Origin: a virus
Taxonomy: Duplodnaviria > Caudoviricetes
Strand: one strand, 5' to 3'
DNA length: 26,525 nucleotides
Virus record (IMG/VR): IMGVR_UViG_3300011338_000677
Coordinates: 1 to 26,525 of that record
Shown: positions 16,206 through 24,863 of the stretch, in pieces
How positions within the stretch are numbered: the stretch's first letter is position 1
How the letters are laid out: each line of letters starts with the position of its first letter
Notes under the pieces: model-generated
The model's input: only the letters and a program-made list of their open reading frames with translations
Databases searched by the model: none
What the model was told of the DNA's origin: nothing
Translations under genes and position numbers: made by a program

Positions 16206-16615
16206 GCTATTCGGATGTAAACTACGGGCGCGAACTCTCGTGTACGGACACGCTCAAGACTGGCCGATACGTGTCCGGCGTCACCGTCGTGGCCGAGGCG
16301 ATCTACAGGAGGCTCACGACACCGAGAGGCATGTTGCTCGGCGGAGAATCTGAGCAAAATTATGGCCTCGACCTCATGTCTCTCGTCGGCACCGTCGACA
16401 CGACAGGGAGCGCCTCATCACTCGCCGGCCGCATCGAGAACGAGTGCCGCAAAGACGAGCGCCTTGAGAGCGTGAAGGCCGTCGTCGTGCGCACGGTCGA
16501 CGGTCCCTCGACCACCTACACGATCACGATTCAGGCGACGACGGCGCTCGGCCCGTTCACGCTGCAAATGCTGGTCTCCGCCGTGACGGTGGAGTTGCTC
16601 GGGGTGACCTCATGA
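16202..16615 (+). CDS. Baseplate wedge protein, gp25/Mu gp46-like
   Basis: AEAIYRRLTTPRGML...NYGLDL...IENECRKDERLESV. Confidence 0.85.
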   Translation: MSYSDVNYGRELSCTDTLKTGRYVSGVTVVAEAIYRRLTTPRGMLLGGESEQNYGLDLMSLVGTVDTTGSASSLAGRIENECRKDERLESVKAVVVRTVDGPSTTYTITIQATTALGPFTLQMLVSAVTVELLGVTS

Positions 16616-17775
16616 GCGTGTCCCTTCTCACCCTCCTCGTCCAAGAGACGAAGGCGGCGATCTACCAGCGCGGCCTCGACATCTGCACTTCGATCGGACT
16701 GCCGGTCACGTCGTGGCAGGCGGGCGATCCGGTGCGCTCGCTTCTGCATCTTGAGGCGTACACGCTCGAGGCGCTCGAGGCGATGATCGTCGGCTACATC
16801 AAGTCGGGCTTCCTCGACTACGCGACGGGCGACTGGCTCAAGGTCCTCGCCGAGCAGGTGTTCGGCGTGACGGTCCCGGCCGCGACCTACGCGACGACGA
16901 CCGTGGTGCTGACCAACTCGGCATCGGGCGGTCTCTACCCGATCATCGCCGGTGACCTGACGTTCAAGAACTCGGTGACGGGCGCGACCTACCACAATAC
17001 GACTCCGACGACGGTGACCAACCTGTCGCCCTCGTCGACGCTGAGCGTGACCGTAGTCGCGGACGTGGCGGGCTCTGCTGGCTCGGCAGGCGCGGGCGAG
17101 ATCGATACACTCGTGACTGCCCGCGACGGCGTGACCTGCACGAACGCACTCGCGGCGGTCGGCATCGACGAGCAGGACGAGGAGGTCACGCGGGTGACCT
17201 GCCGGGAGAAGCTGGACTTCCTCAGCCCCGACGGCGCACGCGGCGCCTACTCCTACGTTGCCAAAAACGAGGACTACGGCGGCACTCCGGCGATCACGCG
17301 AACGCGCGTGTACGGCGACTCCACGACGGGCGTGGTGACGGTCTACCTGGCCGGCCCTTCGGGCGGCTCCAGCGCGGCCGACGTGACCCTCGCGACGACG
17401 GCGATCGTGACCTGGGCGACCCCGCTCTGCATCACGCCGGTCATCGCGGCCGCAACGAACGTGACGGTCCCGGTGACCTACTCGTTGTGGCTATACAAGT
17501 CCTGCGGCAAGACGGTGACCGAGGTCCGCGCCAGCGTGCTCGCCGCGCTTCAGGCGATGTTCGCAACGGTGCCAATCGGCGGCGACGTCGTGGCGCCCGC
17601 AACGACCGGCAAACTCTACCAGTCGGACATCGCGGCGACGATCATTCGGGCCATCCCCGAAGGCTTCCGCGTGAGCGTCTCGGCGCCGAGCGGAGATACC
17701 TCGCTGACCAATGGCCAGGTTGCAGTGCTTGGGACTGTCACCGGCACCATCTCGCTTGAAGACGACCCAACCTAA
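16612..17775 (+). CDS. Baseplate J-like wedge protein (P2 gpJ / Mu gp47)
   Basis: GFLDYATGDWLKVLAEQVFGV, VVADVAGSAG, VTCTNALAAVGIDEQDEE, GARGAYSY, GVVTVYLAG. Confidence 0.9.
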   Translation: MSVSLLTLLVQETKAAIYQRGLDICTSIGLPVTSWQAGDPVRSLLHLEAYTLEALEAMIVGYIKSGFLDYATGDWLKVLAEQVFGVTVPAATYATTTVVLTNSASGGLYPIIAGDLTFKNSVTGATYHNTTPTTVTNLSPSSTLSVTVVADVAGSAGSAGAGEIDTLVTARDGVTCTNALAAVGIDEQDEEVTRVTCREKLDFLSPDGARGAYSYVAKNEDYGGTPAITRTRVYGDSTTGVVTVYLAGPSGGSSAADVTLATTAIVTWATPLCITPVIAAATNVTVPVTYSLWLYKSCGKTVTEVRASVLAALQAMFATVPIGGDVVAPATTGKLYQSDIAATIIRAIPEGFRVSVSAPSGDTSLTNGQVAVLGTVTGTISLEDDPT

Positions 17776-18563
17776 TGGCCACCTTCCCCACCACATTCCG
17801 CACGATACGCAAGCGCCTCGCGCCTCGGTGGCTGACCGAAGGCGAGGGCGGCCTCGTCGGGTATTCGCTCGACCTGATCAAAGACGCCTACATGGAGCGC
17901 CTGTATCTGGGCCTCCTCGCGCGACTCCCGGACACCGCAGGTTCAGACGCGCTCGGGCTCATCGGTCGCGACCGCCGCACGGTGCGCGGCCTCGGCCCGG
18001 AGACTGACGCCTCCTACGCTACGCGCCTGAAGGCAGCGTTCACCGACGCGAAGCGCCGCGGCTCGCCGTTTGCGCTTCTCCAGAAGCTCCAAGAGTTCGT
18101 CGGCGCCGGCTCGTCGTTTCGTACTGTCGACGCTCGCGGCAACTGGTTCTCGCGCTCGGCGGCGGGCGTCGAGACGTACACGCTGAACACTGGCAACTGG
18201 AACTGGGATTCGACGGTGCCCTCGTCCCCGCAGTGGTCACGCTTCTGGGTCATCATCTATCCCGGTACGCGATGGTCACACTCAGCCACGTGGGGCAGCG
18301 GCCAGCTTTGGGGCGACACTGAGAAGACGTGGGGCACGACCGCAACACCGAGCGAGGTTGCGCAAGTGCGCGGCATCGTCGCGGACTGGAAGCCAGCCGG
18401 GACTCGGTGCGTGAACATCATCATCGCCTTTGACCCTGCGAGCTTCGACCCGACGGCGCCGGAGCCTGACGGCAGGTGGGGCAAACCCTCGAAGGTGGTC
18501 GCAGGCGTGCACGTCGCGACTCGACTCGCAACCGCTGATTACTGGGACGGAACAAGAACATGA
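17775..18563 (+). CDS. Baseplate wedge protein (P2 gpI / Mu gp48-like)
   Basis: DALGLIGRDR...ETDASYATRLKAAF...RGSPFALLQKL, and C-terminal IVADWKPAGTRC. Confidence 0.8.
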   Translation: MATFPTTFRTIRKRLAPRWLTEGEGGLVGYSLDLIKDAYMERLYLGLLARLPDTAGSDALGLIGRDRRTVRGLGPETDASYATRLKAAFTDAKRRGSPFALLQKLQEFVGAGSSFRTVDARGNWFSRSAAGVETYTLNTGNWNWDSTVPSSPQWSRFWVIIYPGTRWSHSATWGSGQLWGDTEKTWGTTATPSEVAQVRGIVADWKPAGTRCVNIIIAFDPASFDPTAPEPDGRWGKPSKVVAGVHVATRLATADYWDGTRT

Positions 18564-18778
18564 GCGACACGGCAGCGCTAGCCGACACGGCCGCCCTGAA
18601 GGCCATCCCCGCTCCGACTCACGGCCTCATAAGGTGCGTGAGCGGATACGGTCACTATGCCTTTGTTGCGCGCGGCGCCTATTCGGCGAGCACCGCGTCG
18701 AGCCCATGGGTGCTGACTTCGGACGACGGCACAGCGGGGCGATGGGTCATGAGCGCAGTTTGTGAGGATAGGCAATGA
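18560..18778 (+). CDS. Stand-alone tailspike-anchor-like domain, paralogous to the N-region of the next gene
   Basis: 72 aa, ATGA-coupled at both ends. 41/57 aa identical to residues 39-95 of the 18775 ORF. Confidence 0.7.
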   Translation: MSDTAALADTAALKAIPAPTHGLIRCVSGYGHYAFVARGAYSASTASSPWVLTSDDGTAGRWVMSAVCEDRQ

Positions 18779-19671
18779 GCACGACCTACGGCACCGCATC
18801 GAGCATCACGATCCCGAGCGACGGCGACACAATCGACGCGGCGGACGTCAACACACCATTCGCCGCGATCTGGGATCAGCACGACGTGCTTGCCGACACG
18901 GCCGCGCTCACGGCGATCCTGGTACCCACGCACGGCCTCGTGCGGTACGTGCGCGGCTATGGGCACTTCGTCTTCGTGACGTCGGGCACCTACAGCGCGA
19001 GCACGGCCGCCTCACCGTGGATCCTCACGGCGACCGATGGCACGCCGGGGCGCTGGGTGTTGGATCTCACTGCGGAGGCCAACCGCACGGTGAGCCGCGG
19101 ATTCGCCCTCGCGGATGCACACGCTCGCGGTTGCGATGAGGGCGCGGCGAAGAGCGCCGACCCGTCGACGATCGCCAGCCAATGGGCGCCGATCCTCGAC
19201 AACGGAGATGCCACGGTCGCGAGGTCGAAGTACTACACCGACCGTCACGGGCTGCGGTTCTACGACGTCGTGGCGGCCGCCGCGACAGGGAAACACGTGC
19301 TCGTCCCGCTCAACCCGTACCTGATACAGGGCTCGACGCTGTCGAGCGTCCTGCTCATCCTCTGTGGGGCTGCCGGTCACGGAGCACTTCCGGCGATGAT
19401 GCCGGCGCTCGGCGTGACGAGGCTCGATCACGTCGCGGACACGTGGGCGAGCCTCAAGAGCGGGACTGCGATGACGGACGACGCGTCCGCGAGCGTCGTC
19501 GCGTACGAGGCGTCCCACGGCATCACGGCGACGCTCGACCAGAACAACGTGATCGACACGACGACATACAGCTACTTCGCCGTGATCTGCAACGAAGGCC
19601 ACACGAACGCGACGACTCAACTGCGACTCCAGCAACTCATCGTGACGATGACCGCGAAGGGGTTCTTCTGA
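18775..19671 (+). CDS. Tail fibre/baseplate-attached protein
   Basis: N-terminal ITIPSDGDTIDAADVNTPF (fibre attachment-like), then an anchor-like domain ending DGTPGRWV, then a beta-rich C-terminus. Confidence 0.7.
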   Translation: MSTTYGTASSITIPSDGDTIDAADVNTPFAAIWDQHDVLADTAALTAILVPTHGLVRYVRGYGHFVFVTSGTYSASTAASPWILTATDGTPGRWVLDLTAEANRTVSRGFALADAHARGCDEGAAKSADPSTIASQWAPILDNGDATVARSKYYTDRHGLRFYDVVAAAATGKHVLVPLNPYLIQGSTLSSVLLILCGAAGHGALPAMMPALGVTRLDHVADTWASLKSGTAMTDDASASVVAYEASHGITATLDQNNVIDTTTYSYFAVICNEGHTNATTQLRLQQLIVTMTAKGFF

Positions 19672-19763
19672 TGGCTACGGGGCAGCACCAAACGCAGCGG
19701 CGTCACCGGCTCATCAAATCTGATGAGGGCCACGCGACGACCACGAAGGGATCTTCCCGATGA
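19671..19763 (+). CDS. Possible 30-aa bridging peptide (MATGQHQTQRRHRLIKSDEGHATTTKGSSR)
   Basis: TGATG overlap with the upstream stop and ATGA overlap with the downstream start. No recognisable product. Confidence 0.35.
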   Translation: MATGQHQTQRRHRLIKSDEGHATTTKGSSR

Positions 19764-20458
19764 CCACGCCCGACGTCTCCAGTTGGCTCCCCAACCTCCT
19801 CCCCGTCCTGCTCAGAGTCGCGGGCACCGCGCAGACCGCGCGCCGCTACGTCAACTTCGTGGGCGTGACGGCTGCGGACGACAGCGCAAACGACCAGTGC
19901 ACGCTGACCGTTTCGCCAACTACGATCTCCGGCCTCGGCACCGGGGTTGGGACCTTCCTCGCCACGCCGAGCAGCGCGAATCTGCGCGGGTGTCTTACCG
20001 ACGAGACGGGTACCGGAGCCGCGGTGTTCGCCACGTCCCCGAGCATCGCAACGCCGACCTTCACGGGCGCCACGAGCACCTACCAGGGCACCAAGCTGCG
20101 CGTCCAGACCGTGTACGGCGAGACGCAGAGCACGACCGCAACGACCTGGCCCGTTGCCACGTTCACGATGTCGGACGAGACCTCGTGCGCCTTCGACTTC
20201 GTGGGCTCGATGAAGGGCGTCGCCGGCGTGGCCAAGAGCGGACACTTTTCGGGGAAGGTCTGCTACCAGCGCAACGCGGCCGGCGCGCCCGCACTCGTTG
20301 GCGCTGCGGTCTACGCAACACCGCAGTGCACCAGCGCGGGCGACGACATGACCTTCGACGTGGTGGGCAACGTGGTGCGTGTGATCGCCACGGCCATCGA
20401 CGGCGACGATCGCAACTGGACCTGCGAGTTGCGTGTGGCGGAGACCCTGGCGACGTGA
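19760..20458 (+). CDS. Tail fibre-related protein
   Basis: Contains ISGLGTGVGTFLATPSSANLRGCLTDETGTGAAVFATSP, a motif common in phage fibre shafts. Beta-rich C-terminal domain. Confidence 0.65.
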   Translation: MTTPDVSSWLPNLLPVLLRVAGTAQTARRYVNFVGVTAADDSANDQCTLTVSPTTISGLGTGVGTFLATPSSANLRGCLTDETGTGAAVFATSPSIATPTFTGATSTYQGTKLRVQTVYGETQSTTATTWPVATFTMSDETSCAFDFVGSMKGVAGVAKSGHFSGKVCYQRNAAGAPALVGAAVYATPQCTSAGDDMTFDVVGNVVRVIATAIDGDDRNWTCELRVAETLAT

Positions 20459-21294
20459 GCCTACTCGGCAAGCGCAGCAGCCTGTTCACGTCGACACACG
20501 ATCCGGCTGGCGACAGCCTCTCGGTGTGGCTGCGCTCGTCTGAGTTCTCTGGCACCGGCATCACGTTCGACTGGCCAGGCAAGGCGAGCGCCGGCACGAG
20601 TGCGGCCAACGGGTTCAGTCATGCGGTGGCAAACGAGGTGGAGAGTCCCTCCACGACGTTCGACGGATACGCGTCCGCCTACTGGCACAACACGGTGGGG
20701 CAACCGCAACTCGACACGACCGCGAGCGGCAAGATGCTGCGCGCGGATCTGCTTGGGCAGGGCGACGCTACGAGCGCCAGTTATACCGCGTGCTACGTGG
20801 TGCAGCCGGTCTCGAGCAATCGAAACGACGTGAGCGGCGGACAGACCGGGCTCGGCAATCCCGGGTTCCTCGGCGAGCAGGCAGAGTACTTCCTTCACGC
20901 GATGATGAGCGACGCGGGCACCTGCAAGGTCGGCGCGAGTCACTACGACAGCGTGGGCGCTACGACCGGCGGCACTGCCCCGCTGGTGTGGCCCGGAGGC
21001 TTCGGGACGTGGGGCCTGTTGTGGTTCTCTTACACGAACGGCGGGACCATCTACACGCGACTCAAGACGGTCGGCAACGCGGTCGTCACGGCGACCGAGA
21101 CGATCGCCATTCCGCGCATCCCCGCCGCCTGGGCGACGCAGGCGGAGATCGGAAGCATGGGCGGCGGCGGCGACGTTGGCGAGCTCCGCATGGTCGAGAT
21201 GATGGTGTGGGCTGGACAGGCCCTCTCGGCTGGACAGATTGCCATGCGCGAGCAGGGCTACTTCAAGACCCGATATCCAACACTCGGACTATGA
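20455..21294 (+). CDS. ConA/LamG-like lectin domain protein (putative receptor-binding protein)
   Basis: GTGA-coupled start. LSVWLRSSE...WPGKAS...QPQL...VEMMVWAGQALSAGQIAMREQGYFKTRY fits the phage LamG-like pattern. Confidence 0.65.
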   Translation: MSLLGKRSSLFTSTHDPAGDSLSVWLRSSEFSGTGITFDWPGKASAGTSAANGFSHAVANEVESPSTTFDGYASAYWHNTVGQPQLDTTASGKMLRADLLGQGDATSASYTACYVVQPVSSNRNDVSGGQTGLGNPGFLGEQAEYFLHAMMSDAGTCKVGASHYDSVGATTGGTAPLVWPGGFGTWGLLWFSYTNGGTIYTRLKTVGNAVVTATETIAIPRIPAAWATQAEIGSMGGGGDVGELRMVEMMVWAGQALSAGQIAMREQGYFKTRYPTLGL

Positions 21295-21383
21295 CAACCC
21301 TCCTTTGCCTGCTCGCGGCACTCGCCCTCTTCTGGACGCACAACGGCGGGCCCCCAACGACTCCACCTTTCGTTCATCGGTGA
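21291..21383 (+). CDS. 30-aa hydrophobic peptide (MTTLLCLLAALALFWTHNGGPPTTPPFVHR)
   Basis: ATGA-coupled to the upstream gene and GTGA-coupled to the downstream gene. Single hydrophobic segment. Confidence 0.45.
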   Translation: MTTLLCLLAALALFWTHNGGPPTTPPFVHR

Positions 21384-21799
21384 CCGCCATGCACCCTTTC
21401 CCTAAGCCGCCTGCGCTCCCGCGAGACCCACGGGCGGAGCAGCCAACGCCAATTCCACGCCTATCGGATCTCGAAGAGATCAAGACGGACTCGCCGGAGC
21501 CCTCGTGGCTTGTCCGACTTCGCGCCGACGTGCGCGCCTCGGTCAAGCGAGAGGTCGCCGAGCGCGGCTCGCAGTCCGACATGAAGCAGGACGCAGCGAT
21601 CGCGATGGCGGTCGCAGACATCGCTGCGGTCAAGGCGGACATGGCGGCGCTCAAGAGCCAGTCGACGAGCACCGGCGCCGAGGTGACCAAGGTCTCTGAC
21701 AGCCTGTCCGGCTTCCTGTCGCCGAAGGCGATGGGCGCGCTCGTCGCCATCGGCACCCTGGCGAATCTCCTGCTCGAACTTCTTCGCGGCCACCACTGA
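21380..21799 (+). CDS. Coiled-coil protein with C-terminal membrane anchor (lysis-region protein)
   Basis: Start at GTG 21380 or ATG 21389. Heptad region VADIAAVKADMAALKSQ. C-terminal MGALVAIGTLANLLLELL. Confidence 0.6.
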   Translation: MTAMHPFPKPPALPRDPRAEQPTPIPRLSDLEEIKTDSPEPSWLVRLRADVRASVKREVAERGSQSDMKQDAAIAMAVADIAAVKADMAALKSQSTSTGAEVTKVSDSLSGFLSPKAMGALVAIGTLANLLLELLRGHH

Positions 21800-21807
21800 G
21801 GACCCAC

Positions 21808-22062
21808 ATGCTGCCAAACACCCTATCCAAACTCACCCCCGCAGCGGCTGCCGTGATCGTCGGCGTCGCCGCTCTTCTCGCGCTTCTCGTGTACCTCAAG
21901 GTCGACGGCGCGCAGGTCGCGGCGGTCGGCTACGCGACGACCCTCGTGGCGCTCTTCACGGCAGGCACCAAGGCCGTTTCGCCGCCCGAGGCGTCTACCC
22001 CCACAGGCGACCCGAGCGAGGCGCCTACGCTGCCTCCACCGCCCGACAAGCCGGTGCACTGA
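21808..22062 (+). CDS. Holin-like two-TM protein
   Basis: 84 aa, GAGGA RBS, two hydrophobic segments and a Pro-rich tail. Confidence 0.55.
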   Translation: MLPNTLSKLTPAAAAVIVGVAALLALLVYLKVDGAQVAAVGYATTLVALFTAGTKAVSPPEASTPTGDPSEAPTLPPPPDKPVH

Positions 22063-22589
22063 TGGGCGCCCACGAGAGGCCGCTCATGATCACGTCGCAT
22101 GAATACGACGCGCTCCGACGCGACATCAAGGCCGTGAGGGACCAACAGGTCGCCGACCTCGAGACGCTCTCGCACAAGATCCACGGCAATCGGGAGCACC
22201 ACAACAAGGCCAACGAGCGACTTGCGGGGCAGGTGCTCGCGCTCCACAATGCCGGCAACGAGCTCGTGGCGGAAGTCGGGGCGAAGGTCGACGCGCTCGC
22301 CGTCGCTGTCCTCGCGCACATCGAGGCTGACGCGGAGTGGAAGTCTCGCGCCGGCGCGATGCTCGTTCGTGAGCACGACCGCACGAGCGCGCTCGAGCAC
22401 GCGGTGGACAGCCCACTTCCGAAGACGCAGGTTCTCGGCCTGAAGCCGGACACGTGGAAGACGCTCGGCTTGTTTGCGGCGTCGACGTTCGTGGCCACCA
22501 TCATCACGGCGTGTGCAGTGCAGACGGGTGTCATCGCGACACCCGCTCAGGACGCAGCGCCTCAACCAACCAGGCACGAGGGACCATGA
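22062..22589 (+). CDS. Coiled-coil protein with C-terminal TM segment
   Basis: 175 aa. Helical N-part, then LGLFAASTFVATIITACAV. Coupled at both ends. Confidence 0.6.
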   Translation: MGAHERPLMITSHEYDALRRDIKAVRDQQVADLETLSHKIHGNREHHNKANERLAGQVLALHNAGNELVAEVGAKVDALAVAVLAHIEADAEWKSRAGAMLVREHDRTSALEHAVDSPLPKTQVLGLKPDTWKTLGLFAASTFVATIITACAVQTGVIATPAQDAAPQPTRHEGP

Positions 22590-22921
22590 ACGACAAGAAC
22601 GCGGCACAACGAACCATCGGAGCGCTCAGCGCCATCATCATCGCCACCTTCATCGGGGCCGGCATCGAGGCGTGTACGCCTGGGCAGAGACGGGCGGCAA
22701 AGGGCGCGCTCGACGTTGCGCAGATGGCATGCGTGATCGCGAACGCCGCTCTCGCCGACTCCGAGGTGGCGCGCATCTGCGGTCTGGTCGACGGTATCGA
22801 CGATCCGATCCGCCGTCTCCTGTCGGCGCAGCGTGAGCAGGTCGCCGCGGCTGAGGCGCGAGGGCGCGCGGTGGCCGGTTGTTCGGCTGCCGACGCCGGC
22901 GCGGAAGGCGGTGACAAGTGA
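22586..22921 (+). CDS. Putative lipoprotein (spanin-like candidate)
   Basis: ATG 22586 after GAGGGA. Signal MNDKNAAQRTIGALSAIIIATFIGAG-IEAC. Helical mature part with further Cys. Confidence 0.55.
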   Translation: MNDKNAAQRTIGALSAIIIATFIGAGIEACTPGQRRAAKGALDVAQMACVIANAALADSEVARICGLVDGIDDPIRRLLSAQREQVAAAEARGRAVAGCSAADAGAEGGDK

Positions 22922-23148
22922 GTGAGAAGAACGAGCCGAAGGCGTCAGAGAAGACCGTGAAGCCTGTGGTCGAGAAGGCGCCGAGTCGCCCCGAGCGGAG
23001 CGTGCACGAGGACCTGGTGGCGCTCGTGAAGCGATATCGTGCGGAGTACGGCGGTACGGGCGTCACCCGTCTCGGGTACGTGGTCGACGGCTGCGAGATC
23101 GCGGTCGACATCGAAGAGGGCGGGTTCACGCTGCGGGTGAGTCGGTGA
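22918..23148 (+). CDS. Hypothetical protein
   Basis: 76 aa, GTGA-coupled at both ends, GC3-rich codons. Confidence 0.6.
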   Translation: MSEKNEPKASEKTVKPVVEKAPSRPERSVHEDLVALVKRYRAEYGGTGVTRLGYVVDGCEIAVDIEEGGFTLRVSR

Positions 23149-23390
23149 GCCGCATTCGCATCACGTGCAAGGCGCCGCCAGATCCACCGCACGTTCCAGG
23201 CGACATCCGAATCAGCTGGGTTCCGTCGTGGCAAGACGTTCGCGTGGTGCTCGTGGCCGACGATGGCGCCGAGCACGACGTGGACAACGTCTTGTCCGTC
23301 TCGTTCTCCGTCCGGGCGGGCGAAGTCGCGACCGCCACGCTGACCTTCGAGGACGTCGAGATCAGCGCCGAGGCGGAGGTGCCGGCGTGA
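23145..23390 (+). CDS. Hypothetical beta-rich protein
   Basis: 81 aa, coupled at both ends, VLSVSFSVRAGEVATATLTF. Confidence 0.65.
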   Translation: MSRIRITCKAPPDPPHVPGDIRISWVPSWQDVRVVLVADDGAEHDVDNVLSVSFSVRAGEVATATLTFEDVEISAEAEVPA

Positions 23391-23731
23391 GGGTCCTCGT
23401 CTGCGGCGGGCGGGACCTCAAGGCAGAGGACTGGGGCCTTCGTCTCCGTGCGTTCCTTGACACTCTCGGGGTCGACACGCTGATTTACGGCGGCGCGCCC
23501 GGAGCCGACACGATGGCGGGAGACTGGGCTCGCTCGCGAAACAAGCGCTCGCTTCTGTTCGTGGCCGACTGGGCTACGCACGGCAAGGCGGCCGGCCCCA
23601 AACGCAACGCGCGCATGCTCGCCGAAGGTCGCCCCGATTTGGTCGTGGCCTTTCCTGGCGGAAAAGGCACCGAGGACATGAAGCGGCGCGCGCGGGCTGC
23701 GGGCGTCGAAGTGCGGGAGGTACTTCCGTGA
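23387..23731 (+). CDS. SLOG-superfamily protein (YspA/cpYpsA, DUF2493-like)
   Basis: GTG 23387: MRVLVCGGRD...LIYGGAPGADTMAGDWA...ADWATHGKAAGPKRNARML...VAFPGGKGTEDM, the textbook motif set. Confidence 0.9.
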   Translation: MRVLVCGGRDLKAEDWGLRLRAFLDTLGVDTLIYGGAPGADTMAGDWARSRNKRSLLFVADWATHGKAAGPKRNARMLAEGRPDLVVAFPGGKGTEDMKRRARAAGVEVREVLP

Positions 23732-24087
23732 GTGTCCCTATCGAGCCGTGGCCGACACACGATCGCTTCCCTTCGTACTTCGGCCTCTTCCACCCACCGA
23801 AGCCCGTCCCGCCCCACTTCTCCTGGAAGCACCATGACGGCATGTTCGTCGGCGAGTGCAAAGCGTTCGTGCGCGCTGGCCTTCGGATGGCGGACCTTTG
23901 CTTCGAGGCGATCGTAACGCAAGCCTCGGACATCAGCGGCTGGCAACTCCGCATCGTCACGGGCGGCGGAACCATTCACCTCACGGAACACGGTAGTCGC
24001 ATCGCCGCCTGTCGAGCCGCGGACCGAGCGCTCACGCGTGCGATCGCGCTGAGAAGTGTCGACATCGAACCGAGGAAACGAACATGA
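23728..24087 (+). CDS. Hypothetical protein
   Basis: 119 aa, GGGAGG RBS, coupled at both ends. Confidence 0.55.
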   Translation: MSVPIEPWPTHDRFPSYFGLFHPPKPVPPHFSWKHHDGMFVGECKAFVRAGLRMADLCFEAIVTQASDISGWQLRIVTGGGTIHLTEHGSRIAACRAADRALTRAIALRSVDIEPRKRT

Positions 24088-24863
24088 CAACCCTCCGAGG
24101 CTGCGGCTTCCTCCCCGACCCCGACGAGATCGTCTCGGCGCAACTCGTGGCGTATCACGCGCGGGCTCTCGTCGGTTCGTCCGCGAGCATTCCCGAAGCG
24201 ATGTCCTACGCCTTCCTGGTTACGGACATTGCGAATCAAGGCTCGTCGTCCTCCTGCGTGGGCCAGGCCTTCGCATCCTCGATTCACCTCCGTTCGATCG
24301 TCTCCGGCTCCCCGATCGCCAAGCCATCAGCGAAAGCGATCTACGACCTGGCCCGTATGCAGCGCGATCGCGTGGCGCCGCTCTTCGACGGCGGCTGTTC
24401 GCCCATCGACGCGATCAACGGGATGAAGCTGTCGGGCCTCGTGGCGGAAGAGCGCTGGCCTCTGACATCGGAGAACGTCGACGTGAAACCGGACTGGGAC
24501 ATCTTCCAGCACGGGCTCGATGCCCTACTCGGCCAGCACTACCGAATCGCGGAAGGCCGAGGCTCGGCGCAGTTGATTCGCGAGGCGCTCGCGAAGGGCT
24601 ACTTCCCGACGTTCGCGATGGACGTGTATGGGAACTATGCGGACTACGACGGGAGTGCCGTCTACGCAGCGGCCGACGGTCGGTTCATCGGTCGGCACAT
24701 GCAGTGCATCGTCGGCTATGACGGCGACGTCTTCGCCGTCCTGAACTCGTGGGGTAAGGACTGGGGCCAAGGCGGATTCTCGATGATGTCCGCCTCGTTC
24801 ATCGAGTCGCGTTCGTGCAATTCGTTGCTCGTGCCCACCGTCATACCTGCGAGGGTTTCATGA
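24084..24863 (+). CDS. Papain-like cysteine peptidase (C1 family)
   Basis: Oxyanion Gln and catalytic Cys in NQGSSSSCVGQA, His in GRHMQCIVGY, Asn in LNSWGKDWGQGGF. GAGGA RBS. No signal peptide. Confidence 0.92.
   Translation: MTTLRGCGFLPDPDEIVSAQLVAYHARALVGSSASIPEAMSYAFLVTDIANQGSSSSCVGQAFASSIHLRSIVSGSPIAKPSAKAIYDLARMQRDRVAPLFDGGCSPIDAINGMKLSGLVAEERWPLTSENVDVKPDWDIFQHGLDALLGQHYRIAEGRGSAQLIREALAKGYFPTFAMDVYGNYADYDGSAVYAAADGRFIGRHMQCIVGYDGDVFAVLNSWGKDWGQGGFSMMSASFIESRSCNSLLVPTVIPARVS

Noticed and set aside
9326-18563. Tailocin, eCIS or T6SS rather than phage
   Set aside because: Portal, protease, capsid and neck genes are present in the same operon.
18578-19059. Possible DGR template/variable repeat pair near fibre genes
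   Set aside because: Mismatches are largely synonymous and involve all four bases rather than being adenine-specific. No reverse transcriptase in the window.
19720-19763. Hammerhead ribozyme candidate (CTGATGAG...CGAAG)
   Set aside because: Stems I and II do not pair properly, the core reads GAAG instead of GAAA, and there is no valid NUH cleavage triplet.
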